A stretch of DNA of 32,265 bases from an uncultured virus (IMG/VR IMGVR_UViG_3300032562_000011) (IMGVR_UViG_3300032562_000011), one strand, 5' to 3'; positions 9,447 to 17,979 are shown, counted from the stretch's first letter. Notes: a model not told the origin generated them from the sequence alone. Numbers and translations: made by a program.

Positions 9447-9825
9447 CGATTGGTTTGCTAAACGGTTAAATCAACCACAGCAACCCCAACAACAACCTAA
9501 CATTAACTTGCCACAGTATGTGGCTCCTCCCCCTGCTACATATGTGCAACCACAACAGCCACAGTATCCGCCGTCACAACAGGCTACTCCACAAGCACCT
9601 CGGTGCCCTGGTTGCGGTAGCAATAACTACGGTGGTGCGCAGGGCTCACGTCCTCGCTGTTATGATTGCGGTTACCCTATTCAACAATCAGGTAGTGGAT
9701 TAGGTAAGGGTATTGTTAATCAAGGAGGTACCGCTTCGGGACCTGCCGCACCTGCACGACAAGTATCTACTGGAGGGTTCAACGGAACCACCCCAGTCAT
9801 TGGCCCAGACGGAGGATTTAGATAA
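9436..9825 (+). CDS. Gln/Pro-rich protein with CxxC...CxxC zinc ribbon
   Basis: Q/P low-complexity stretch, then CPGC...CYDC; ATG 9436 fits the AGGAG spacing; TAATG coupling to recA. Confidence 0.75.
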   Translation: MSTSDWFAKRLNQPQQPQQQPNINLPQYVAPPPATYVQPQQPQYPPSQQATPQAPRCPGCGSNNYGGAQGSRPRCYDCGYPIQQSGSGLGKGIVNQGGTASGPAAPARQVSTGGFNGTTPVIGPDGGFR

Positions 9826-10874
9826 TGGCAATCACAGGCGAACTCGCAAAAGCTTTCAGCGAGATTAACAAGAAGTTCGGGGACGACACTGTTGTCCTCG
9901 GGTCTGATATCACCGAGACTGGTGGGCGCCTAACTACAGGTTCCATCGCAGTTGACGTGGCGCTTGGGGGCGGTTGGCCTACTAACCAATGGCATGAGAT
10001 TATTGGTGAGGCCTCCAACGGCAAGACCGCACTAGCCCTTAAAACTATTGCGGCTAATCAACTTAAAGACCCAGAGTTCACTGCCGTATGGGTTGCCGCC
10101 GAAGAGTGGGTTCCAGGATACGCAGAGATGTGCGGCGTAGATGTATCCCGCGTGTACGTAGTTTCTACTAATATCATGGAGGAAGCCTATGAAGCCGTTA
10201 TCCGTATTACGGAATCTAAAGCTATTGATTGCATTGTTCTGGATTCTTTGCCTGCTCTCGTTCCTAGCTCGGAAGACGAAAAGCAAATGGAAGAGTCAAC
10301 AGTAGGGCGAGGTGCTCTACTTACTAATAAGTTCTTCCGCAAGGTTGGTAAGGCGTCTAAACGTTCACTGACTCACCACGAGCGCCCGTTTATCGGTCTG
10401 ATTATTAACCAATGGCGCTCAAAGATTGGCGTTATGTACGGAGACCCACGCACTACCCCAGGAGGATTGGGCAAGGATTACGCCTTCTTCACCCGTATGG
10501 AGGTTCGTCGGGATGAATGGATTGAGACAGGCACAGGCCAAGACAAGCGTAAGATTGGCCAGACCATCAAGGTTCGCGTTATTAAGAATAAGTCAGCCGC
10601 CCCTTCCGCAGTTGCGCTAGTGGACTTCTACTTCGCTAACGGTGGAGAGATTGATGCTGGCCAGTTCGACTTTGCTAAGGAGATAGTGGCAATCGGTAAG
10701 CTCAATAAGGTTATTACCCGCGCTGGTGCGTACTACCGTTATGGGGAACGTCAGTGGATGGGTGAATCTGCTATGCTTAGCTCCTTACGGGAAGAGATTG
10801 AGCTCAAAGAAGAACTTGAACGTGAAGTGCTAGATTCTATTAAAGCAGGGTCAAAGCACGTTTATGAAGAGTAA
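9825..10874 (+). CDS. recA: RecA/UvsX-like recombinase
   Basis: TTGSIAVDVALGGGWP, GEASNGKT, IVLDSLPALVP, INQWRSKIGVMYGDPRTTPGG, VIKNK, AGAYY. Confidence 0.95.
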   Translation: MAITGELAKAFSEINKKFGDDTVVLGSDITETGGRLTTGSIAVDVALGGGWPTNQWHEIIGEASNGKTALALKTIAANQLKDPEFTAVWVAAEEWVPGYAEMCGVDVSRVYVVSTNIMEEAYEAVIRITESKAIDCIVLDSLPALVPSSEDEKQMEESTVGRGALLTNKFFRKVGKASKRSLTHHERPFIGLIINQWRSKIGVMYGDPRTTPGGLGKDYAFFTRMEVRRDEWIETGTGQDKRKIGQTIKVRVIKNKSAAPSAVALVDFYFANGGEIDAGQFDFAKEIVAIGKLNKVITRAGAYYRYGERQWMGESAMLSSLREEIELKEELEREVLDSIKAGSKHVYEE

Positions 10875-11241
10875 AGGTCTTAGAGAGTCTCAGAAGCACG
10901 AGGCACGACTAGCAGATGTTTTCGACGGCCAGCGCAATGCTGGTAGCGGAGCCTTCTGGAGTCGTAAAGGTGATGTCCGTTCACGCGAGTATCTAATAGA
11001 ACACAAGTGGACAGGCAAAACCTCCTTTACCGTCAAAGCAGCGGTTCTGGAGAAGATTGTCAAGGAGGCTATCCTTGAGAGTCGTACACCCATTCTCGGC
11101 ATCAGTCTCAATAATGAGAACTACTGCATACTTACAGAGGATGACCTCTTAGAACTGCTCCATACTATTCAGGAGCACTCGTGCACGACGAAGACCTTGG
11201 ACCCGAACCTTGGCGATACAAAGCCAAGTGCAGAGGAGTAA
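10864..11241 (+). CDS. PD-(D/E)XK nuclease, Hjc-type Holliday junction resolvase-like
   Basis: HEARLA...GSGA...KGDV...LIEHK motif pattern, in a recombination cluster. Confidence 0.7.
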   Translation: MKSKGLRESQKHEARLADVFDGQRNAGSGAFWSRKGDVRSREYLIEHKWTGKTSFTVKAAVLEKIVKEAILESRTPILGISLNNENYCILTEDDLLELLHTIQEHSCTTKTLDPNLGDTKPSAEE

Positions 11242-11498
11242 ACACCGACCTCTTTTTTCCTCCTCGGGATAAAGAACAGTATAAAGACATAGCCGATAAG
11301 GCTAAGGCTGTCTGCTTTGGTCGTGATGGTTTGCCCGAATGCCCTGTGCGTAAAGAGTGCCTCTTGTACGCAGAAGAGAACGAAGACACCCACGGTATAT
11401 GGGGTGGCATGTCACACCGTGAACGTAACGCGCTTAAAAGAAAAGCAAAAAAAGTAGGACTCACCCTTAAAGAATGGGTGGAAACCCAACCTTCGTGA
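11181..11498 (+). CDS. whiB: WhiB-family transcription factor
   Basis: WRYKAKC...LFFP...AKAVC...CPVRKECLLYA...HGIWGGMSHRER with four Cys; AGGAG RBS before GTG. Confidence 0.92.
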   Translation: MHDEDLGPEPWRYKAKCRGVNTDLFFPPRDKEQYKDIADKAKAVCFGRDGLPECPVRKECLLYAEENEDTHGIWGGMSHRERNALKRKAKKVGLTLKEWVETQPS

Positions 11499-11510
11499 TA
11501 GGTTACTCCC

Positions 11511-12371
11511 ATGAGTAACCAGACATCAGGAGCCTTAAAGAAATTTGTGGACGTGGCTAAAAAAGAAACAAGAGTCCTAGGTTCAGTAGAGCGCTACATT
11601 ATTTCTAAGCCCAAAGACAAGAGTCGTAGAACGGACGTCCTGCACCCATCAGAGATGGTAGGTAACGACTGGTGCCATCGCGCTTCTTACTTTCAACTCC
11701 AAGGTAAAGAGCCAATCAGTAACAGAACAATGACGCTCGGCCTTGATAATGTGTTTGAAGAGGGTCACGCTATCCACGCTAAGTGGCAAAAGCGATTCCA
11801 AAACATGAACAACTTGCACGGTATGTGGTACTGCCATGAGTGCGAGGAAACCTTTTGGGGTGGAACAGATTGCCACGACGGTCCTATTACATATAGAGAA
11901 GTGCCGTTATTCTATGAGCCACTGCGTATTGCAGGGCACTCAGATGGTTGGCTAAAGGGATTCGGTGAAGACCTCATGCTTGAGATTAAATCAATCGGTG
12001 AGGGAACCCTACGCTGGGAGTGCCCAGAGCTATATGCTGAGAACAACTATGACTTTAAAGCCACATGGAAAGCCATAACTACTCCTTTTATGAAGCACGT
12101 AATGCAGGTTCAAATTTATATGAAGCTCGCGGAACTGCTGAGCGAAACTGACCCTCGTTTTATTGGCTACCCTAAAGAAGCCGTTCTTATCTATGAGAAT
12201 AAGGCTGACCAGTCTGTTAAAGAGTTCGTTGTTCCTAAGGGCGATTTCGGCATTAAGCACATCTTTGAAGCAGCCCAGTTAATTGTTGATAGTATTAAGG
12301 CACAGACACCACCTGAGTGCAATGTAACCATGGGTGGTTGCGCAAAATGTAAGGGGTACGAAAATGGTTAA
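11511..12371 (+). CDS. Cas4-like PD-(D/E)XK exonuclease
   Basis: HPSE...C, GHAIH, GHSDG...LEIKS, QVQIYM, and C-terminal C-x6-C-x2-C (1+3 Cys arrangement). Confidence 0.8.
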   Translation: MSNQTSGALKKFVDVAKKETRVLGSVERYIISKPKDKSRRTDVLHPSEMVGNDWCHRASYFQLQGKEPISNRTMTLGLDNVFEEGHAIHAKWQKRFQNMNNLHGMWYCHECEETFWGGTDCHDGPITYREVPLFYEPLRIAGHSDGWLKGFGEDLMLEIKSIGEGTLRWECPELYAENNYDFKATWKAITTPFMKHVMQVQIYMKLAELLSETDPRFIGYPKEAVLIYENKADQSVKEFVVPKGDFGIKHIFEAAQLIVDSIKAQTPPECNVTMGGCAKCKGYENG

Positions 12372-12843
12372 TCTTGTAGCAGAGGGTATAAGTGAGGCTG
12401 TTCTAAAGGTATTAGAAGGCCAAGGGCTACCTATCCGACGCCAGTTAGATTTAGATATACCTGACTTCCCTAAGGACATCACAGCTGTGGATGACCAACA
12501 GCTCATGCGTTTAGCTACTGTGTACATGGAGAACTACAACTTCATGCTCACCCAAGTAGCCTGCGCAGAACTCGCAGTTGTTGAGTCTAAGAACAAGCAT
12601 GACAAAGCCGAGGCTAAAGCCATGCTATCTAAGACCACAGGTAAGTCAACGGAGAAGGCAGGCATGCTCATGGCTTCCGTGAGTACTGACCCAGAGATTG
12701 AGCAGTTATCGGATGCTGTTCTATTCTCAAACGCCTATCACAAGCTCCTCAAAACAACATTAGATAACCTAGAGCGGTACTACCAGCTCACTTCCCGTGA
12801 GCTAACCCGCCGAACATCTGTTCTAAAATCTCGCGGATATTAA
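12364..12843 (+). CDS. helical protein, possibly UvsY-like recombination mediator
   Basis: All-helical 159 aa with ...VSTDPEIEQL...LDNLER... pattern, located in the recombination cluster; assignment tentative. Confidence 0.4.
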   Translation: MVNLVAEGISEAVLKVLEGQGLPIRRQLDLDIPDFPKDITAVDDQQLMRLATVYMENYNFMLTQVACAELAVVESKNKHDKAEAKAMLSKTTGKSTEKAGMLMASVSTDPEIEQLSDAVLFSNAYHKLLKTTLDNLERYYQLTSRELTRRTSVLKSRGY

Positions 12844-13382
12844 TGAAGATATTTGATGGCGGACTAGAGGGTGCTATAGGCGCCGAGGTCTACATCGGCA
12901 TTGACCAGTCCTACAGCGGGTTCGCCATAACCGCGCTCAATGACACAGGGTATAGAACTACCGTGTATAAATCTGATAAACGCGGTATTGAAAGACTGCG
13001 GGATATCCAAGCCCATATGCTGGAGATTATAGTTAACTATACAATTCTAGACGTGGCTATGGAAGGCTACGCTTTCGGTTCTCAGATGGCTAACATGCTA
13101 GGGGAACTGGGCGGTATGGTTAAGCTAACCTTATTGGATTTTGGCATATACCCCCTCATAGTTCCGCCCACTAACCTAAAAAAATATGTGACGGGCAAAG
13201 GCAATGGCATATCCAAGAGTCAGATGATGCTGTTCGTTTATAAGAAATGGGGCGTTGACCTCGCTGATGACAATGCGGCTGACTCCTATGCTCTAGCCCA
13301 CTTAGTGGCTAAGCGCCATGGGCTGGCGTATGAAAAAGAAGTTTATGATAAGCTTCAAGACCCTAAGTTTCGAGAAAAGTAA
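12843..13382 (+). CDS. ruvC: RuvC-like Holliday junction resolvase
   Basis: YIGIDQS, VAMEG, VPPTNLKKYVTGKGN..SK, DDNAADSYALA: all RuvC acidic motifs. Confidence 0.88.
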   Translation: MKIFDGGLEGAIGAEVYIGIDQSYSGFAITALNDTGYRTTVYKSDKRGIERLRDIQAHMLEIIVNYTILDVAMEGYAFGSQMANMLGELGGMVKLTLLDFGIYPLIVPPTNLKKYVTGKGNGISKSQMMLFVYKKWGVDLADDNAADSYALAHLVAKRHGLAYEKEVYDKLQDPKFREK

Positions 13383-13390
13383 GGTGCATA

Positions 13391-13558
13391 ATGCCAAGTT
13401 ACGACTACAAGTGTGACACTTGCGAGACCGTAGTAGAGGTTCAACGTTCCTTTGATGAAGAGGGCTCACCGACATGTGTAGCCTGCAATACAACTATGAG
13501 TAGGGTTTGGAACGCCACACCCGCGCACTTTAAAGGAGGTGGCTGGGGTGGACGATAA
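13391..13558 (+). CDS. FmdB-family zinc ribbon protein (55 aa, not in ORF track)
   Basis: MPSYDYKCDTC...PTCVAC...MSRVW...HFKGGGW; AAGGTG RBS. Confidence 0.88.
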   Translation: MPSYDYKCDTCETVVEVQRSFDEEGSPTCVACNTTMSRVWNATPAHFKGGGWGGR

Positions 13559-13631
13559 CGAATGGTTGTTACCTTGGTTTCTAGTTACTTTATTAACAAT
13601 CGTATCTCTAGCAGTTTGGGTGATTAAATGA
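13548..13631 (+). CDS. 27-aa single-pass membrane peptide (not in ORF track)
   Basis: MDDNEWLLPWFLVTLLTIVSLAVWVIK*; GGAGG 8 nt upstream of GTG; stop overlaps next ATG (ATGA). Confidence 0.65.
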   Translation: MDDNEWLLPWFLVTLLTIVSLAVWVIK

Positions 13632-13870
13632 GTAAGACACAGGAAAAGAGAGCACGTCGTATGCAGGAATCCGCTGACTTTATTTTAGAACGTCGCAAGA
13701 TGCAGTTGGGTATGTTTGAGCAGGCGCATAAAGTAGGTCTAAAACTGTACGAAGACCATAAAGATGACCTACAGCCAGCTGATATCGAAGCCCTTGAGAA
13801 GCAAATCAAGGAGAACGAAGCCATCATTGAGAAACTAAAAAGTGAAATCTACCCGACAACTGAAGCCTGA
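13628..13870 (+). CDS. hypothetical coiled-coil protein
   Basis: 80 aa charged helical ORF in the operon. Confidence 0.7.
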   Translation: MSKTQEKRARRMQESADFILERRKMQLGMFEQAHKVGLKLYEDHKDDLQPADIEALEKQIKENEAIIEKLKSEIYPTTEA

Positions 13871-14054
13871 TTACACTGGCACCATGGACTACGCTGATAC
13901 CGTGCTCCATGAGTGCCCCAAGTGTGAAAGCAACCTTTGGAACCTGAAGGTGTCCTTTGAAGACTACGAGATAGCCCAATACCTGTTGGAGATGGAGTGC
14001 GCTATCTGCGGAAGTTACGCTAAAGCGCCAACCCCACTTGATAAACCTAATTAA
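13842..14054 (+). CDS. small zinc-binding protein
   Basis: CPKC...CAIC pairs in 70 aa. Confidence 0.7.
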   Translation: MKSTRQLKPDYTGTMDYADTVLHECPKCESNLWNLKVSFEDYEIAQYLLEMECAICGSYAKAPTPLDKPN

Positions 14055-14146
14055 TGTCTAACTATCTTTAGACAGACCTTCTGAGGGCTAACCCTCATAC
14101 TTTATACCACGGGGAACCACACTAATCGTAAACCGAGGTATACAAC

Positions 14147-14425
14147 ATGTCAGAGCAAGACGAGAAAGACGTGCTGCGCGTTTCAGCCAGCAGTAACCCA
14201 CAGGCGGTAGCTTCCGCCATTGCCCACGCTATCTATGAAACCCGCACCTGTAAGGTACGCGCCGTAGGTGCTGGGGCTGTAAACCAAGCCACCAAAGCCC
14301 TAGCCATTGCGCGCGGATATACTGCCCCACGAGGCATTGATATCGCATATGTCCCTGGGTTCACCACTATTAAGAGCCATGATGGGGATATTTCAGCCAT
14401 GGTTCTAACAGTGATTACCATTTAA
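14147..14425 (+). CDS. spoVS: SpoVS-family protein
   Basis: VLRVSASSNPQAVASAIA...VRAVGAGAVNQATKALAIARGY.AP.GID...PGF matches the SpoVS family over its whole length; GAGG RBS. Confidence 0.92.
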   Translation: MSEQDEKDVLRVSASSNPQAVASAIAHAIYETRTCKVRAVGAGAVNQATKALAIARGYTAPRGIDIAYVPGFTTIKSHDGDISAMVLTVITI

Positions 14426-14486
14426 GCCTGTATTCAACAGGTAAATGGCGTACATTTATGAAACAACCTTCGGCCAAAGGATAACC

Positions 14487-14816
14487 ATGGAAAAACCTAA
14501 TAAAGAAAAGCATCTTGGACCCAATGATGCCGCTAAGCCTGTCGCTTCAACAAGCGCAAAGGCTAAGATTGCCCCTGTAGAAAAGGGAACACTCGTAAAG
14601 CGCAAGGGTGCCCACGATGAGAACCCAACCATTGAGGACCATAAGGTACGCTCACATGTTAAGAATACTGGCGGCGCTCGTTACGGTATCAACGTAAAGT
14701 TCCAAAAGACTGAAGCTCCAGAAGCTGGTGCAACGTTAGCTAATGCAAGACTCTTGCCTTCAGCTATTAAGCGTTCTGCTCAGACTTTCGTGGCAGGAAT
14801 GGCAGACCAAGACTAG
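14487..14816 (+). CDS. hypothetical basic protein
   Basis: ATG 14487 preceded by AAGGA; followed by a terminator. Confidence 0.7.
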   Translation: MEKPNKEKHLGPNDAAKPVASTSAKAKIAPVEKGTLVKRKGAHDENPTIEDHKVRSHVKNTGGARYGINVKFQKTEAPEAGATLANARLLPSAIKRSAQTFVAGMADQD

Positions 14817-14830
14817 TCAATCTGCCACAC

Positions 14831-14867
14831 AAAGCCCCTAGTTAAACACTAGGGGCTTTTTCTTTTT
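14831..14867 (+). terminator. intrinsic terminator
   Basis: AAAGCCCCTAGT-TAAAC-ACTAGGGGCTTT followed by TTCTTTTT. Confidence 0.88.
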
Positions 14868-14913
14868 GTGGTAGTCTATGTCTTGTTGCATCGTGACGAG
14901 ACAAGGACACATC

Positions 14914-15153
14914 ATGCTCACCGTATTGAATAAATATTTAGAACCCTCAGCACTTGCAGACGAGTGCGTTGTTGGGCGCTGGATACTTTCATTAAACGAA
15001 GAAGAGCGCAACACTTTTGCAAAACTTAAAGAGCACAGTAACTCAGTAAAACTCGCAGCACTATACAAGGACTTACTTTCAGAAGGGCTTCTTCCCTTCA
15101 AACTAACCGCGTTCCGCTCACATTTACGGAGTTATTGCACATGTCAAAACTAA
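14914..15153 (+). CDS. hypothetical protein (C...H-x4-CxC, possible metal-binding HTH)
   Basis: ATG 14914 after AAGGA; TGG-TAGTCT extended -10 at 14869-14877. Confidence 0.65.
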   Translation: MLTVLNKYLEPSALADECVVGRWILSLNEEERNTFAKLKEHSNSVKLAALYKDLLSEGLLPFKLTAFRSHLRSYCTCQN

Positions 15154-16340
15154 ACATATTGGGTAAGGCTCTAATCAATGCGGAGTTGGATAATTCAGCA
15201 ACTCAAATAAAAGAAACCAATACTCCACCAGAGTTTCGTGCGCGATTAGATGTTAGTACAGACGGTGGTTACTTTGTTTCCACCCCTCGTGCAGCTATTG
15301 ATATTGAGGACGCGGTATCGTTATTTAAAGATTTTGATTTAGACCCAACAGTGTGGGAAGTAGTAAGCGTACGTAAGAGCCGCTGGCAAACATTCAACGG
15401 TGACTGGCTAGAAGCAGCACGTGTAAATATAAAGCCCGCTGGCGCATCCCGCGAAACTGATTTAGATTATGATGCTTTAGTATCAAGTATTGAGAGATGG
15501 AAGCCAGGAAAAGCAGAGAAGGGCACAGGTCCCCTGTTTGCCATTTACGCAATAGGCGACACTCAGTACGGTAAAGACGCTGGCGGAGGTACCGAGGCTA
15601 CTGTGGCTCGTGTGCTCCACGCACTTGACGAAGCGGTTGCGCGCCATAAAGAATTGTTAAAGTTAGGTCGTAAGATTGGAACAGTTGTACTGCCTCAACT
15701 GGGAGACTGCATAGAGGGAAGCACCAGCCAGAACGGCAAGGTTATTGGTCGCAGTGACATGGGCGTTACCCACCAAGTACGTATCGGCCGTCGTGTGCTA
15801 CTAGCGTGGATTAAGGCGTTTGCCCCCTTGTGCGAGGAGTTACTAATCCCTGTAGTCCCAGGAAACCATGATGAAGTGCATAGAATTATGATGACTGACC
15901 CTACTGACTCATGGCAGGTAGAGATTGCTTCTATCGTCCAAGATATCTGCGCGGAGAACCCTGCGCTATCACATGTTAAGTTTTTCTATCCTAATCCAGA
16001 TAACGCCACTCTTGCTATAGATTTGGGCGGAACCACCCTAGGTATGGCACATGGGCACCAAGCTAAAGACATGGGCAAGTGGATTGCTGGGCAAGCTACA
16101 GGACGCACACCAGTAGGCGCGGCAGATGTTCTAATCACAGGGCACTTCCACCACTTCCGTGCAGACCAAGTAGGCCCACGCTTGTGGATTCAAGTGCCAG
16201 CTATGGATGGTGGTTCAGCGTGGTTTAGGGATAAAACTGGGTTGGAATCACCTACAGGAGTGGTAGCCCTAGTGATGGGTAAAGACTACGACCCGCGCAG
16301 AGATTTAAGCGTTATCGGCGGAGAAAATCGCATAAACTAG
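15141..16340 (+). CDS. calcineurin-like metallophosphoesterase (Mre11/SbcD-like)
   Basis: IGDTQ, LGDCIEG, PGNHDE, AHGH, GHFHH motifs. Confidence 0.88.
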   Translation: MSKLNILGKALINAELDNSATQIKETNTPPEFRARLDVSTDGGYFVSTPRAAIDIEDAVSLFKDFDLDPTVWEVVSVRKSRWQTFNGDWLEAARVNIKPAGASRETDLDYDALVSSIERWKPGKAEKGTGPLFAIYAIGDTQYGKDAGGGTEATVARVLHALDEAVARHKELLKLGRKIGTVVLPQLGDCIEGSTSQNGKVIGRSDMGVTHQVRIGRRVLLAWIKAFAPLCEELLIPVVPGNHDEVHRIMMTDPTDSWQVEIASIVQDICAENPALSHVKFFYPNPDNATLAIDLGGTTLGMAHGHQAKDMGKWIAGQATGRTPVGAADVLITGHFHHFRADQVGPRLWIQVPAMDGGSAWFRDKTGLESPTGVVALVMGKDYDPRRDLSVIGGENRIN

Positions 16341-16344
16341 TGTT

Positions 16345-16878
16345 ATGCCGAGTCCTCATCAAAACATACAGAACCTAGGTGCCGCTGGTATGGCAGGCAC
16401 CAACACTACCTATGGTGGTGGCGGTGTTCCTGTTGCTCGCTCCGAACTTGACTTCCTGCGTCTTGGTGTTGGACGCCAACCTTCCGCTGAATACCCAGAC
16501 GGATACTTAGGTACGATTCGTTCTCGCAGAGACGACCGTGGCCGCTCATCTAGTACATCAGATGATGTACTCAATGCACTTAAAGTTAGAGTAGGTCAAC
16601 GCTCGTATCAACGTGGTGTTCATCGCGGTGAGCGCGTAGACGTACAAGATTATTATTACCCTGAAGGACTAGAAGCCACTCGTGGTATTGCTCGTCAATT
16701 CAGAGGAGTTCGTGACGGTAATGTTATTCGCGTCGCACGCAATGTTGAGAACGCTATGGCCGCACCTGCACCTCATTTACCTAATGATGGTAAGGCTAAC
16801 ATGCGTAGCACATCCCCAATGGCACTAGACAAGAGACGCGTAGACCAAATGGCTCGTATGCGTCCTGCTTGGAAATAA
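16345..16878 (+). CDS. hypothetical protein (Gly/Arg-rich)
   Basis: 177 aa ORF; TAAACT 6 nt upstream of ATG (leaderless-type). Confidence 0.75.
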   Translation: MPSPHQNIQNLGAAGMAGTNTTYGGGGVPVARSELDFLRLGVGRQPSAEYPDGYLGTIRSRRDDRGRSSSTSDDVLNALKVRVGQRSYQRGVHRGERVDVQDYYYPEGLEATRGIARQFRGVRDGNVIRVARNVENAMAAPAPHLPNDGKANMRSTSPMALDKRRVDQMARMRPAWK

Positions 16879-17253
16879 ATGTCAGGACAGATGTCTGATG
16901 GCGTATACAACCGCCGACCTTGGGTAGCTCCTACAGCTGATTTAGATATATCGCGCCTTCCCCCTCAGGATTACCTTGGGCCGTTTCAATCTAATGCAGA
17001 ACGCCTTATGGGTCAGTCCTTGGCTACTTGGTCTATGACTAGCGAAGAGATTCAACAGTACGTACGTCCGCCACTACCGCAGGTGAAGTTGTTTCCACCT
17101 CGTTTCGGGTATACTGAGAACGAAATTGGCATTGAAGACTTAATTGATTTACCTCGTCGTACCGCTACAACTCAACGTGTTGAGTCTGACTTTAGCCAGA
17201 CCCCTAACACTCAAGAGTCATCCAGCACTAACTCGTTAGGGAGCACCATATGA
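16879..17253 (+). CDS. hypothetical protein
   Basis: 124 aa ORF abutting the previous stop. Confidence 0.7.
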   Translation: MSGQMSDGVYNRRPWVAPTADLDISRLPPQDYLGPFQSNAERLMGQSLATWSMTSEEIQQYVRPPLPQVKLFPPRFGYTENEIGIEDLIDLPRRTATTQRVESDFSQTPNTQESSSTNSLGSTI

Positions 17254-17483
17254 GTAACGACCCAGGACTTTACACAGATAGCACTGGCTCTGGCATGGCT
17301 GGGGCAGAAGATGTGCGCCTTGAGACCCAACGTGACATGTCAAGAACTATGTATAATGGCGATAATGCCTGTAAAACCTGCGGGATGCTAATAGACCCCG
17401 TACAATCGTTAATGAATCAAGATACCTGCCCGTCGTGCAAGCGTCGTAAGCAGTTTAACCGAGTGAAAGGCGGAATGGCATGA
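17250..17483 (+). CDS. small zinc-finger protein
   Basis: CKTC...CPSC; ATGA overlaps on both sides. Confidence 0.7.
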   Translation: MSNDPGLYTDSTGSGMAGAEDVRLETQRDMSRTMYNGDNACKTCGMLIDPVQSLMNQDTCPSCKRRKQFNRVKGGMA

Positions 17484-17689
17484 CCGTTCGCAAAGCACGT
17501 TCAGAAACCGCATCCCTTCTAGAGGGTGCCACAGACGGCAAGTACCGTAAGCGTCGTCCTAACATGGAAGTTGACCCAGGTATGGGTGACCAGATTGTTG
17601 TCAAGGAGCGCGCTAGTCTGCATCCTTACATGAACTACGGGTTCATCAACTCTGAAGATTCCAACAAAGTAAACCCAGCAGGTAACTAA
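17480..17689 (+). CDS. hypothetical protein
   Basis: 69 aa ORF, translationally coupled on both sides. Confidence 0.7.
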   Translation: MTVRKARSETASLLEGATDGKYRKRRPNMEVDPGMGDQIVVKERASLHPYMNYGFINSEDSNKVNPAGN

Positions 17690-17979
17690 TGTCAGCGCCA
17701 GATAAAGCAAAAGACCCACGTAGAACACCGAGTATTCCTTCTGGGGTTACAGGAAAATACACATTTATGGAACTTCCTGAAGACCAACACACTACTGCAT
17801 ACATTCCGCGCAGAACAGATGCGTATGCTTCAGGACCTAGAACTGGCGTAGAAGCCGCACTTTCTGGTAAGGGCAAGGCTGGAAACATGGGCAAACTTTT
17901 GGGAGAAGTAAAGGGAGCGTTTAAGCCTAATGAATAAAAGCGAAGAGCCTTCTAAAGTAAACCCAGCAGGTAACTAATG
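17666..17979 (+). repeat. 26-bp perfect direct repeat (17666-17691 and 17954-17979)
   Basis: AAAGTAAACCCAGCAGGTAACTAATG occurs twice, flanking the 82-aa ORF. Confidence 0.95.
17689..17937 (+). CDS. hypothetical protein
   Basis: 82 aa ORF, TAATG coupling. Confidence 0.7.
   Translation: MSAPDKAKDPRRTPSIPSGVTGKYTFMELPEDQHTTAYIPRRTDAYASGPRTGVEAALSGKGKAGNMGKLLGEVKGAFKPNE

Noticed and set aside
11511..12371. Cas4-like gene as evidence of a CRISPR system
   Set aside because: No repeat-spacer array or other cas genes; solo Cas4-like nucleases are common in phage recombination modules.
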